A DNA stretch of 64,000 nt, from NCBI GenBank assembly GCA_021851715.1, contig JAJZCR010000001.1, forward strand, positions 7,517 to 71,516. The letters run 5' to 3'. The DNA is from Planctomycetota bacterium. GTDB taxonomy: Bacteria > Planctomycetota > Phycisphaerae > WQYP01. Below the pieces are notes generated by a model, which saw only the letters and a list, made by a program, of their open reading frames with translations, had not been told where the DNA came from and ran no database searches. The translations under genes and the position numbers were made by a program. Shown here piece after piece: positions 20,370-30,500 of this stretch (position 1 is its first letter; each line of letters starts with the position of its first letter).

Positions 20370-20436
20370 CACGGGGCCACCGATGCTGCCGCCGGCGGAC
20401 TGGCCTTGCCACACTGCTTCCCGCTATGCTTATGGT

Positions 20437-20991
20437 ATGAAAGACGATGATGCACAGCCCAGAGCCGCGCCGCGTGATGCTCCGGAATCGCCGGTGGTTG
20501 CGCCCCGGCCGCTCACCTGGCGGATCTTGCTGCTGCCGGCAGCGTTTTTGATATTAGCTGCGGGCGTGGCCCAGTGGAACAGCATTGCCTGGGAAATTTC
20601 CGGCTTGCTGGGCCATCCGCGCCCGCGCGATACCATTGCCTGGCGCAGCGATTTTGCCGGGGCCCGACTGGCCGCGGGGCGGTTGCATCAACCGCTGCTG
20701 GTCGATTTCTGGGCTTCGTGGTGCTATCCATGCCGGGTGATGAAGCGGCGGGTATGGTCGAGCCGGGTGGTGCATCAACTGGTGGAAAAATCTTTTATTC
20801 CGGTGGCCGTGGATATGGATACACCCGCCGGCAAAGAGTTGGCGCTACGCTATGGGGTGCGGACCATTCCAGCTATTTTGGTCATGGATTCCGCGGGGCA
20901 GGTGCGAGATGTATCCACGACCATGGACAAAAATCAGACCCTGCATTTTTTGCGTACCAGTCTTCGTCGGTTTGCGCAAGCCAGTCCTTGA
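20437..20991 (+). CDS. Membrane-anchored thioredoxin-fold protein (TlpA/ResA-like thiol:disulfide oxidoreductase)
   Basis: WCYPC active site, with an N-terminal transmembrane helix WRILLLPAAFLILAAGVA. The start is MKDDD at 20437. Confidence 0.7.
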   Translation: MKDDDAQPRAAPRDAPESPVVAPRPLTWRILLLPAAFLILAAGVAQWNSIAWEISGLLGHPRPRDTIAWRSDFAGARLAAGRLHQPLLVDFWASWCYPCRVMKRRVWSSRVVHQLVEKSFIPVAVDMDTPAGKELALRYGVRTIPAILVMDSAGQVRDVSTTMDKNQTLHFLRTSLRRFAQASP

Positions 20992-21017
20992 GGCCGCCAT
21001 GGGGCGGCGCGCGCAAT

Positions 21018-21518
21018 TTAACCGACTGCGGCAATGGCAGCGGCGTAATTGGGTTCCTGCGCAATTTCCGGCACCAGTTCCGTATACTGCACCACGCCGT
21101 TGACATCCAGCACCAGGACTGCCCGGGCCAGGAGGCCGGCCAAGGGGCCATCGACGATGAACAGGCCGTAGGTTTTGCCAAATTCCGGATGGCGAAAGCC
21201 CGAAAGTACCTGAACGTTTTTAATACCCTCGGCTACGCAGAAGCGTTTGGACGCAAAGGGCAAATCCTGCGAAATGCACAGCACTGCAGCGTTTGGCAAT
21301 TTGGCCGCCTCTTCATTGAACTTGCGTACCGACATCGCACAAACTGATGTATCTAGACTTGGAAATACATTAAGAATCACTGCCTTGCCGGCGAAACTCT
21401 TCAGATGCACGGCGGACAGATCCTGGCGGGTCAGGGTGAAGTTCGGGGCGGTGGTTCGCACTGCGGGCAACTCACCCACGGTGTGCCACACCTCGCCTTT
21501 GAAAGTGACATTGGCCAT
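21018..21518 (-). CDS. tpx: Thiol peroxidase (atypical 2-Cys peroxiredoxin)
   Basis: 166 aa with the conserved Tpx layout (…FPSLDTSVCAMS… peroxidatic Cys, resolving Cys in CISQDLPFA). Confidence 0.85.
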   Translation of the reverse strand: MANVTFKGEVWHTVGELPAVRTTAPNFTLTRQDLSAVHLKSFAGKAVILNVFPSLDTSVCAMSVRKFNEEAAKLPNAAVLCISQDLPFASKRFCVAEGIKNVQVLSGFRHPEFGKTYGLFIVDGPLAGLLARAVLVLDVNGVVQYTELVPEIAQEPNYAAAIAAVG

Positions 21519-21836
21519 GAAGATTCTCCTTTCTTGTCAAGCACGCATGACTACATTCACCGCGGAGTCCGACTTTGATACAACGCTTCGCTTCTCACCG
21601 ACCGGTCTACCGTAGTTTGCCCGCGGGCACCAAAGGTTACCGGGCAGGGCAATCGCCGCCTGTGTTACCCCTGTCCGTACCCGTATATTGTGCCCGAGAA
21701 TTTATCCAATTGCCAGCACCAGCCATGGCCGCGCCCCATCCCCGGACCTGCGGCTGCGAATTTGTTTTATGCAGGGCGAACCGATACCATTTCAGAAGCG
21801 GCTTGCCGATGGCCGTGATGCACAACGGGAGTATCT

Positions 21837-23267
21837 ATGACCATCGTGAATCGCGGTTCTTCGACCAGTCCGGAACAACTGACCACCTCGCGTAAAGCCC
21901 TGGAAATAAATCTGGATCGGCGTCGCTATGGCACCTTTGCGGAAATCGGTGCCGGGCAGGAAGTGGTACGCTGGTTTTTTCTGGCGGGCGGGGCCTCCGG
22001 CACCATCGCCAAAAGCATGAGTGCGTATGACATGTCGGTGAGCGACGCCATTTATGGCAAATCGGAACGGTATGTCAGCCGGGCCAGACTCCAGAGCATG
22101 CTCGATTACGAACATGCATTGAATTTAAGCCGCCTCAACGACCTCCGTGGCGACACCACCTCGTTTTTTGTTTTTGCAGATACGGTGGCCGTCCGCGGAT
22201 TCAATTCCAACCGCGAGGGCCATGGCTGGATGGGGGTGAAATTTCAGGCTCATCCGCGGGATCAGGACAGCCAGATTATTCTGCACGTGCGCACGCTGGA
22301 TAAGGAAATAAGCCAGCAGCAGGAAGCCCTGGGCATAGTCGGGGTCAACCTGCTTTACGGGGCATTTTTCTATCATCACGAACCGGAGATGCTGCTGCGC
22401 TCTTTGCTCGACGGGCTGTCATCGAGCAGGGTGGAAATCGATATGATTGAATTTTCCGGTATCGAATTCCGCAGCGTGGATAATCGCATCATGAGTTTGC
22501 GCCTGGTCGAGACCGGCTTAAGTGATGCGGCCATGTTCGGCCCCGCCGGTGAAGTGCTCCAGCCATCGGAGGTGCTGCATAATCATCCCATTCTGGTAGA
22601 GCGGGGCAGTTTTCGTCCGGTTACTCATGTCAACATCGATATGATCAACAGTGCACGCGAGCAGTTCATCAACGACATGGGTCCTGGTGCCGAAAAACCC
22701 GTGGAACTCATGGAAATCACCATGCGGAATCTGATGGTGGCGGGCGATATTGATCTGCGGGATTTTCTGGCCCGGGTGGAAACCCTTGCGGCCTGCGGCA
22801 AAACCGTTCTTATTTCCGACTATTTTGAATTTTACCGGCTCACGGCGTTCGTAGCCCGATATACCAAAAAGCCTGTCGGCATCGCCATGGGGGCATCGAG
22901 TCTGATGGATCTCTTTGAGGAAAAATACTACCAGGATCTGGAAGGTGGAATTTTGGAATCGTTCGGCCGGCTCTTCAAAAATGAGCACCGCCTGTACATC
23001 TATCCCTTGCGCGATCCTGCCACCGGAGCCCTGGTTCGCGTGGAAAACTTCACCGTCAAGTCGGATCTGGCCAAACTTTACGGTTACCTGGTGGATCGCG
23101 GCTTTATTCGACAACTCGCCAAGTATAATGAAGACTACCTGCCCATATTTTCCCGGGATGTGCTGATAAAAATCAAGGCTGGGGACGATTTATGGCAAAC
23201 GATGGTACCGCAAGTGGTGGCGGAGATTATCAAAAAACGCGGCCTTTTCGGTTATCACGCCCGATAG
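21837..23267 (+). CDS. Conserved hypothetical protein, 476 aa, function not recognised
   Basis: Long ORF with clean coding composition and no transmembrane segment or signal peptide. I cannot assign a family from motifs. Confidence 0.5.
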   Translation: MTIVNRGSSTSPEQLTTSRKALEINLDRRRYGTFAEIGAGQEVVRWFFLAGGASGTIAKSMSAYDMSVSDAIYGKSERYVSRARLQSMLDYEHALNLSRLNDLRGDTTSFFVFADTVAVRGFNSNREGHGWMGVKFQAHPRDQDSQIILHVRTLDKEISQQQEALGIVGVNLLYGAFFYHHEPEMLLRSLLDGLSSSRVEIDMIEFSGIEFRSVDNRIMSLRLVETGLSDAAMFGPAGEVLQPSEVLHNHPILVERGSFRPVTHVNIDMINSAREQFINDMGPGAEKPVELMEITMRNLMVAGDIDLRDFLARVETLAACGKTVLISDYFEFYRLTAFVARYTKKPVGIAMGASSLMDLFEEKYYQDLEGGILESFGRLFKNEHRLYIYPLRDPATGALVRVENFTVKSDLAKLYGYLVDRGFIRQLAKYNEDYLPIFSRDVLIKIKAGDDLWQTMVPQVVAEIIKKRGLFGYHAR

Positions 23268-23285
23268 ACTCGGCGTTCTGCCGGG

Positions 23286-24854
23286 CTACACGCGAAGGCG
23301 CTGCCAACGGCCGTGGCGATAGGCCAGATAGTTAAAGACCGCGCGGTAGTTCAAATCCACGACTACGGCAATCCAGACGGCGGTAAGATTTGTGGCCGGC
23401 GTATGGTGCTGCCACAGGACCAGCAGCAACAGCGCCAGGATTCCCAGACGTACCAGCAAGACGCCGGTGATGGTGGAAATCATCGGCAATACCGTTTCGC
23501 CTGCGCCTTTCAGCGCTCCGGAAAACACAATCGCCAGCGCAAAGCCGGGTTGCGCCAGACCGGCCAGAATCATCGGCCAGAAGCCCACCTGGATCACCGG
23601 CGGAGAATGAACGATCAGGTCCAGCATGAATTGCGGGCAAAAGACCATTGGCAGAGCCAGCAGAGTCATGGTAACTAATGCCAGCCACGCGGCAATGTGG
23701 CCCGCCCGCCGCGCTTCCTCCGGTTTTTGGGCTCCCAGATATTGACCCACCAGCGTGGATGCGGCGATGCCAAAACCGAATCCCGGCAAAAAAGATATCG
23801 ACTCGATGCGCAATACTGATACGTGTGCGGCCAGGGTATAACCGTGCGGATCGGTGCGGGTATTGATGACAAACACCACAATCAGGAACTGCCCGGCCCA
23901 CAGCAAAACACCTTCCACCCAACTGGGCATGCCGATTTTCAGCACCCGCCGGAGAACATGGGGAACCACGCGTAGATGGCGCATTTGCAGGTGCAATTGG
24001 CGTCGGCCGGTAAATAAAATAATGCTCGTGCATACCCCGCCGGTCAGATACGCCAGCAGCGTGCCAAACGCATCTCCGGGCAGGCCCCAGGCCGGTGCGC
24101 CCATCCAGCCGTAGGTAAACGCTGTGGAAGCCACGCCATTGATCAACATGACCATGAACATGATGCGCATGGGGTTGACGGTATCGCCGGCGCCGCGGAT
24201 CGCCGCCATGCCGATCTGCGACGCGGTTTGCAGACTGATGGTGATGAGCATGATCCGCAGATATTGCTGGGCGAAAACCGCGGCTTGACCGGTAAGGCCG
24301 CAGATGACAATGACCTGGTGGGCAAACACAAACAGGCCCGTGGCGGTGAGCACTCCCACCAGAAAAGCCGCCGACACGCATGTGCCGGCCACGCGATTGG
24401 CTACACGTGTGCGGTTGGCGCCAATGGATCGGGCCACGATGGCCGTAGCCCCCACGCCCAGGGCGGCGGTCATCAGACCGGCAAACCATTGCAGATAGGT
24501 CATCAGGCCGACGGCGGCGGTGGCGGAGGCGATGGTGTTGGCCGTGCCGCGTATGTGGCCCGCAATGACCGTATCGGTAAGTCCGATGATGGCGTTGAGA
24601 ACTTGTTCTCCAATGGCCGGCATGGCGAGGCGCAAAACGGTTCGTGTTGAAACCGGTTGCAGCGTCAGGCTGGAAGGCCGACGATGGTGCGGATCGGTTA
24701 CGGGCTGGGTAGGCTGGGCCAGGGCCGCCGCCTGGCCTTCTTCCCATTCGGGATAATCGGTGGTTTGTGATGATTCTGAAGCCAAATAAATTCCTTCCGC
24801 ATGGGCGTAGTCGCCCCCCGCCCGCGCGATGCCACCGTGCCAGATTGTATCCAC
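23286..24854 (-). CDS. MATE-family multidrug/toxin efflux transporter
   Basis: 522 aa with 12 predicted transmembrane helices and MATE-like motifs (LRLAMPAIGEQVLNAIIGLTDT...). It has an N-terminal extension of about 75 aa. Confidence 0.8.
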   Translation of the reverse strand: MDTIWHGGIARAGGDYAHAEGIYLASESSQTTDYPEWEEGQAAALAQPTQPVTDPHHRRPSSLTLQPVSTRTVLRLAMPAIGEQVLNAIIGLTDTVIAGHIRGTANTIASATAAVGLMTYLQWFAGLMTAALGVGATAIVARSIGANRTRVANRVAGTCVSAAFLVGVLTATGLFVFAHQVIVICGLTGQAAVFAQQYLRIMLITISLQTASQIGMAAIRGAGDTVNPMRIMFMVMLINGVASTAFTYGWMGAPAWGLPGDAFGTLLAYLTGGVCTSIILFTGRRQLHLQMRHLRVVPHVLRRVLKIGMPSWVEGVLLWAGQFLIVVFVINTRTDPHGYTLAAHVSVLRIESISFLPGFGFGIAASTLVGQYLGAQKPEEARRAGHIAAWLALVTMTLLALPMVFCPQFMLDLIVHSPPVIQVGFWPMILAGLAQPGFALAIVFSGALKGAGETVLPMISTITGVLLVRLGILALLLLVLWQHHTPATNLTAVWIAVVVDLNYRAVFNYLAYRHGRWQRLRV

Positions 24855-25045
24855 ACAAGCCCCAAGCTGCCCTGGATGGAAAAAAGGGGGCTGGGCAAAG
24901 GGTGTCAGGCCGCTTCAATCGGACACGGCAATGAAAAAGATGACCATGATGGCCGGAACACACGCACAACGTAAATTTGCAGTCCATCACGTTTGCCATG
25001 TGTTGGAGGGAAGCAAGGGCTGCAAGGATCGGGTGGCAACAAAAG

Positions 25046-25084
25046 ATCCTCCGGCCGGTTTGTTCTCGGCTGGAGGATTTTGTT
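25046..25084. terminator. Bidirectional rho-independent-type hairpin with U-tracts on both sides
   Basis: Stem ATCCTCCGGCCG / CTCGGCTGGAGGAT with one mismatch, loop GTTTGTT, followed by TTTTGTT on the plus strand and AAAAG-derived CTTTTGTT on the minus strand. It lies immediately 3' of the PEP-CTERM remnant. Confidence 0.45.
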
Positions 25085-25103
25085 GGTGGTCAATGAAGTG
25101 AGG

Positions 25104-25462
25104 TCAGGCTGACTGCCGACGGCGGATCAGCAGGGTCCAACCGCCCACGGCCAGCATGGCCAGCGTTGCCGGTTCAGGGACCACACTGGCGGAGTTATAA
25201 ATTTGCCGGATGTCGCGGCTGGAAAGCTGCGTGTTGAAAACCGCAACCTCGTCGATGCCGCCGTCAAACCAACGGCCAGGAAATACAGTACTCTCCCCGA
25301 TGTTGAGGCGGCGTTATTCAAGGAATGCGGCCCTGGTGTATTTGAGGCCACCAGGGATCCATTTATATACAGATCGCGGGAGCTGTTGGCCGTAAAGGTG
25401 GCCGCCGCCACCGCGCGTCGGAATTCCAGCGCATAGACCATGACTATCGACCACCTTGTCAA
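25104..25462 (-). pseudogene. Remnant of a LamG (concanavalin-like) domain PEP-CTERM protein, N-terminally truncated and frameshifted
   Basis: Frame A (25127-25462) reads ...ATFTANSSRDLYINGSLVASNTPG. A second frame (about 25104-25290) reads ...FDGGIDEVAVFNTQLS...VPEPATLAMLAVGGWTLLIRRRQSA*, which is the classic LamG FDGxIDEV motif followed by PEP-CTERM. There is no start codon in the distal frame. Confidence 0.5.
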
Positions 25463-25628
25463 AAAGCCATCTTCGCATAATTCTCTATGATCGCCAGGAA
25501 CGAATGAAAAAGGCTCTAGCTTCCATTGGGACCGAGGCTACGACGCAGGTTTTCCACTTCCCTTGTTGGGCATAGGTGGGCAAAAGCTCCAGGTCAACTT
25601 CAACGGCCGGCAAAATCATGCTTTCCGA

Positions 25629-26786
25629 TTACTCGGCAGCAGGCACAAGTCGAGGTGAGGCAACGGCTGCGGCACTTGGGAATGCGGCCACGGTGATCTC
25701 TTCTTCAAAACGGGCGGGCACGCGATGCATGGAGGCCGGTGTGACCCCCTGCCGTTGTTGATCAATACATTCAAAACAGGCCTGCAGCCATTCGCGGATG
25801 TCAAAGCCGAGGCGTTTGGTGGACAATGCGCCGGATTTGGGCCAGGGAAAATTACAATGGGCTACAATTTTGACTTCCTCCGGCGTGGGCACACCGGCAT
25901 TGAGCAGACCGGCGGTGGCAGGCTCCACCAGATTATCGTCGGCGATAATCAGGGCATCCGGGCGATGGCTGTTGCCCGAATAAAAGAGCAGTTCCACTGC
26001 GGAAATAGCGCACTGGGGATAGATAACATCGACGGCTTGAACCCAGTGCGAACCGCTGTTGACGCCGCGTCGAGCTAATTCGCTCAACCAGTACAGGCGT
26101 TCCGCGGGCTGCCGGAACATGCCGGAACCGTCGAGCACTGCAATTCGCCGACAGCCCTGACCGGTGAGATAATCCAGGGCACGCGTGGCAAACGATTTTT
26201 TATCGACGTTGACGGCCGGGAATCCGAAGGAGGTGTCGGCCAAAACTACACGAGGTATGTCGGGGGTGGTATAGACTGGCGTATCGAGCAGGTTCTGCAG
26301 CGGTGCCGCGAAAAGTAATCCGGCGAGGCGATGGTTGTCCAGATCACGGAGCAGTTTTTGATAGTCTTCACTATTCTGGTGTTCTCCCAGACCATAATAG
26401 AAAACCAGGCGGCGCTGGCCCTGTTGGGTTATGTTCTGAGCTTCTTTGCACAGAGCGCTCCAGTAATGGAGCCAGCCGCCTTCTTCAGAGTGGCTGTGTG
26501 GAAATACCAATCCGTACTGGTAAAGATGGGGCGGATATTTGGCCACAAAAGTACCAGCCTTGCCGCGTGCATAAATATAGCCATCACGGGTCAGCCGATC
26601 GAGAGCGCGTTGCAATGTTACGCTGCTGACCTGGAATGTTTTTTCGAGTTGGGTGCGCAGCGGCAAACGGCTCTCCGGAGCAAGCTTGCCAGACCTGATT
26701 TGCCGACGCAGCGCATCAAGAATAATGCCCTGTTTTACCAGGGGGCGCTCACGAGAAGAACCATTTTTCGCGTTGGCCATTTTCAA
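25629..26786 (-). CDS. Second GntR-HTH / LacI-PBP hybrid transcriptional regulator
   Basis: N-terminal LEKTFQVSSVTLQRALDRLTRDGYIYARGKAGTFV HTH. The rest has a LacI-like sugar-binding-domain shape. Same architecture as 14233-15459. Confidence 0.7.
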   Translation of the reverse strand: MKMANAKNGSSRERPLVKQGIILDALRRQIRSGKLAPESRLPLRTQLEKTFQVSSVTLQRALDRLTRDGYIYARGKAGTFVAKYPPHLYQYGLVFPHSHSEEGGWLHYWSALCKEAQNITQQGQRRLVFYYGLGEHQNSEDYQKLLRDLDNHRLAGLLFAAPLQNLLDTPVYTTPDIPRVVLADTSFGFPAVNVDKKSFATRALDYLTGQGCRRIAVLDGSGMFRQPAERLYWLSELARRGVNSGSHWVQAVDVIYPQCAISAVELLFYSGNSHRPDALIIADDNLVEPATAGLLNAGVPTPEEVKIVAHCNFPWPKSGALSTKRLGFDIREWLQACFECIDQQRQGVTPASMHRVPARFEEEITVAAFPSAAAVASPRLVPAAE

Positions 26787-26808
26787 GAACCTTAATCTTT
26801 CTGTAATT

Positions 26809-26837
26809 AATGTACCATAAGAGCGACATTATGTACA
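26809..26837. promoter_or_regulatory. TGTAC-N17-GTACA inverted repeat / ATGTAC direct repeats just upstream of the regulator start
   Basis: AATGTACCATAAGAGCGACATTATGTACAA lies 23-50 bp upstream of the ATG at 26786. It is a GntR-type operator-like element. Confidence 0.35.
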
Positions 26838-27458
26838 ACGAATAATTGGGCGGCAAAGTTGCAGCGATGGCTGGGCCGGCCTACGGCGGCGTTTGGAGCT
26901 ACACTTTGTCGGTGTGGTCGAGACATCGTGACGGTCTTCAACTCGCGCAACCCCCTCCGTTGGCGTAAAAACGGCGAATCAGCGCGAGGTGCTCAATACG
27001 GGCAAGGCTTTGTCCACCGTCGGCGCAAACCAGAGGCGAAAACTGGTCTCCAACGTCAACTGTTGCGATGCCGGAGCTTTTTGCCGTGCATGCCAATCCA
27101 AGGCACCTGCCGTCGGCCGACCGTCTGCAACATATCGTTTCATATGTAATGAATCATCGTCCGACTGATCCCGGCAATCTCCGCGACGCGTGCAGGTGTT
27201 TCATCAGGGGGTCTTATTGGCAGCAGTTCCACCGGGGAGGGGCAAAACGATCATCTCCAGTTGTCGTCCAGCACACCATCTGTAAATTCCAGATGCCACA
27301 TCCTTGCATCCTCAAGTCAGGCGTGCCATTCCCGCTGTTTTTTGGCAGTTATTCTCGGATCAATCATCTGACAAACCCAAGCCCGGATAATGCTATACGG
27401 CCACATTCTGCTGTGATTACAACGGCGAGAACTTGCATTGTGCTGGCACTGGCAATAA

Positions 27459-27495
27459 TATACATTACAGTTATCGATGTTAAAGATAATGTATA
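27459..27495. promoter_or_regulatory. Perfect 9-bp inverted repeat TATACATTA-N19-TAATGTATA overlapping a TATAAT-like -10
   Basis: Read directly. It lies about 90 bp upstream of the secreted hydrolase gene and shares TAATGTAYA with the site at 26829-26837. Confidence 0.4.
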
Positions 27496-27581
27496 ATGTG
27501 CTACGGCCAGAAGAGGTTTGACGGCGGTATGGAATCGCCAAGCCACGTTTAGTTCGCAAATTTGTGCAAAGGGTACCGGTT

Positions 27582-30500
27582 ATGAGAAGGCTTTATTTAT
27601 CGGGTTGGATTGCGCCTATGGCGGCTTTGCTGGTAGCGGGCGCGGCGCAGGCCGCGGGGCCCAGCTTGCTGGACCGGCGCAACTTGAATGTGATGGGTTG
27701 CGCGGCGCCCAATATCCATTATGCCTTTGTAACGTCCAGCGAGCCTGGCAATGTTTTCTTTCCGGGTGATGCCGTCAATCTGCAGATACGGCTTTCGGCG
27801 GCGGGAAAGGGGAAGTTTCTGGAGTTTTCAATTGGCCGGATCGGCATGTACAAAAACCGGTATTGGCATCCCGGTTGGGCCAGCATGGTTCCCAGCGGCG
27901 TGCCGAAAATTGAGTTTCTGGGCTGGCGGGCGCATGTTCGTGTGGTGACCGGGGCGGCGGGCAAATTGGGTGCCGCGCTGGCTGCGTCTGGGCGAGGATA
28001 TCCCGCAGCTTCCGCGACTTACCTGAAGCCGGCTCCCGGAGGTGGGTCGATGTTGGAGGTGAGCCATTTGCCGGTGCCGGAACGGTATGGCTGCTACGTG
28101 ATAACTGTGGCACCGGATGGGAAAAATCCGCAATTTTTATGCACTGTGCTGCGGGCCCATCGGATTACGCCCGGGTTTAACACCGGTGCCCCGATTCTCA
28201 ACGAAGCGGCACTGATGACCCAGGGTGCCGATAACAATCCGGCCTTGTTGTTACGTGGTGCCCGGACGGCTTCGCGTCTGGGTCTGAAAATACTGCGTTT
28301 TGAGGCGCACTGGAGCAGTGTGGAACAGAAACGCGGGGTGTATAACTGGAGCAGTCTGGATCCGATGATGCACGCCATGGCCAAGGCCGGGGTGCGCACC
28401 ATGTGGACGGTGGACTGCGCGCCATTTTGGACCATGCCGTTTGATCAGCCCACGCCGGCCTGTATTCCCACCAAGGCGGATTGGTCTTGTGAACCGAAAT
28501 ATCTGCCGCTGTTTAAGAAATGGCTCAATGCCGCATGCCGGCGCTATTGGGATCATGGCCGGGGATCCTTGTGGGTGCTGGAAAACTGGAATGAGCCGTG
28601 GAATGGCATTTCCATCAGCGGTTGGGAAAGTGATATACCGCACTACCGGGCGATTATGCGAGTCATTGCAGCAGTGGCGCACGCCCAAAAGCCACCCATG
28701 AAAACTGCCGCCGCCGGTTGGATCGGCAACACGGAAAATATGTTTTTGACCGGCCGACACCCGGCCAAACAAATAAAAATGGTCGATATTTTCACGGATC
28801 ATTATGTGCAGCCGGATTTTTCCTACGGACCGATGGTGGCCCATTATTGGCAAAAACAAAGCATGGACACCGAAAGCTGGGTGGCCTGCAATGAAATGAT
28901 GCTGCCGCAGGTGATGACGCAGTTTATGGCCTGCGGCCAGGGACACGTGAATCCGTGTTATCCGGATTTTATTTATTTTAGCGCCCCCGGTTCACCCACC
29001 ACCTACACCATGCCCACACCGGTGGCATTGGCGTGCAATACATTCAGCTACTTTATTACCGACAAGCCATTTCGGCGGATGCTGTTTATGCATCATCTGC
29101 CGTTTGCCTTTGAGTTTGGAACAGATCCTCATGCGGTGGTGGTGCTGCTGGGGCGGCTGTTTACCCCGTTCGGCAATTCTTTGCGGTCGGTGCTGTGGTG
29201 GCAGTTTAACTTAACCCACGGTGGCACGATGAGCTTTAACAATGCCGATGGAGCCATCCATATTTATAATCTGGATGGCAACCGGGTTTTCATGCGTAAA
29301 AGAAGAGTCACCCTGCCCGTGACCACCCTGGCCTATTACCTGACGTGTCCCCAAGGGGGCGTGGAGCTGATTCGGCAGCGGCTGGCGGCGGCGAGGTACA
29401 AAGATGTGCGGCCGGTGGAAATCATTGCCCACGATTTTACCCAGTTTCTCAACCGTCCCGGAGCGCAACTGCACACCACGCTGCACAACCTGCTGCCGCG
29501 GAAAATCAGCGGTACGCTTAGCATTGTCGCCCCGGCGGGCATCAAGCTGGCCCAGGACCGGGTGCGGGTGGCGCTGAACCCGGGCCAATCGCTGGATGTG
29601 GCCGTGGCAGTCATTCAGGCGCGAATTGCCCGCACCAATGTTTATCCGTTTCGGTATGCATTTGCCAGCGCCGCCGGCCATGCCGGCTGGTCGGAAAATC
29701 TTCACGCGCTGGTGGCTGTGCATAAGACCATCAAGATCAACGGCGATTTAAGCCAGTGGAAGAGTATTCCTGGCGTGATGCACGGATGTGAGAAGGGGCA
29801 GGCCTGGTTTGCAAACCACCGTTGGCTGCCGTTTAGCCAGGAAGCGGCCAAATATCCGCATCAATTCTTCAGCCAGGTGAAACTGGCGTATGATTCCCGT
29901 TACTTTTATGTGTTGGCCCGTGTGAATGATGCGGTGGCCTATCCGGGACATCTACGGCTGGCCACGCGCAATGACGCGCAATATTTTCGCAGTGCCAAGG
30001 ATGACGTGTACTGCGAAAGCCTCAAGCCCTATGAAAAATTTATTCTTGCGGCCCCATGGAACACGCCGCTGGTCGTTCCTGCGGCACTGCAGCGCAATGC
30101 TCTGTTTGCAGCCTACGAAAAGTTTCTGGCTACCCATCGGCGGGCCAAAGCGGAAGTGGCCACAGGCGCTGCGGCAGTATTTTTCCGGGAGCGGAAAATC
30201 AACCCCCGCGCCACCTTTGCCGACGCCACATACGTTTATAAAAAGACTCCGCATGTGGATTTGCCATGGGTGGGCAACACTCTGCAATTTGCGCTGCACG
30301 TAATACCGGGTTACAACTCCCGGGATATGCGGTTGGATACAAAGCTGGTGCCCGCGGGTTTTCATGCCATGCCGGATACGGATTATGAATATGCGCTCTA
30401 TGCGTGCAAAGGCGGCGGCTCGGAATTGTGGCGGCTGCTGGCTCCCGGGGTGCCGCGGGGCTTTTATTGGCCCCGGCAGCCGCGGGCTAAGGTGGACCAA

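Noticed and set aside
24931-25101. 56-aa His/Cys-containing ORF (MKKMTMMAGTHAQRKFAVHHVCHVLEGSKGC...)
   Set aside because: It has no Shine-Dalgarno. It overlaps the terminator hairpin and the PEP-CTERM remnant stop on the other strand, so it is most likely fortuitous. It is kept only as a low-probability small-protein candidate.
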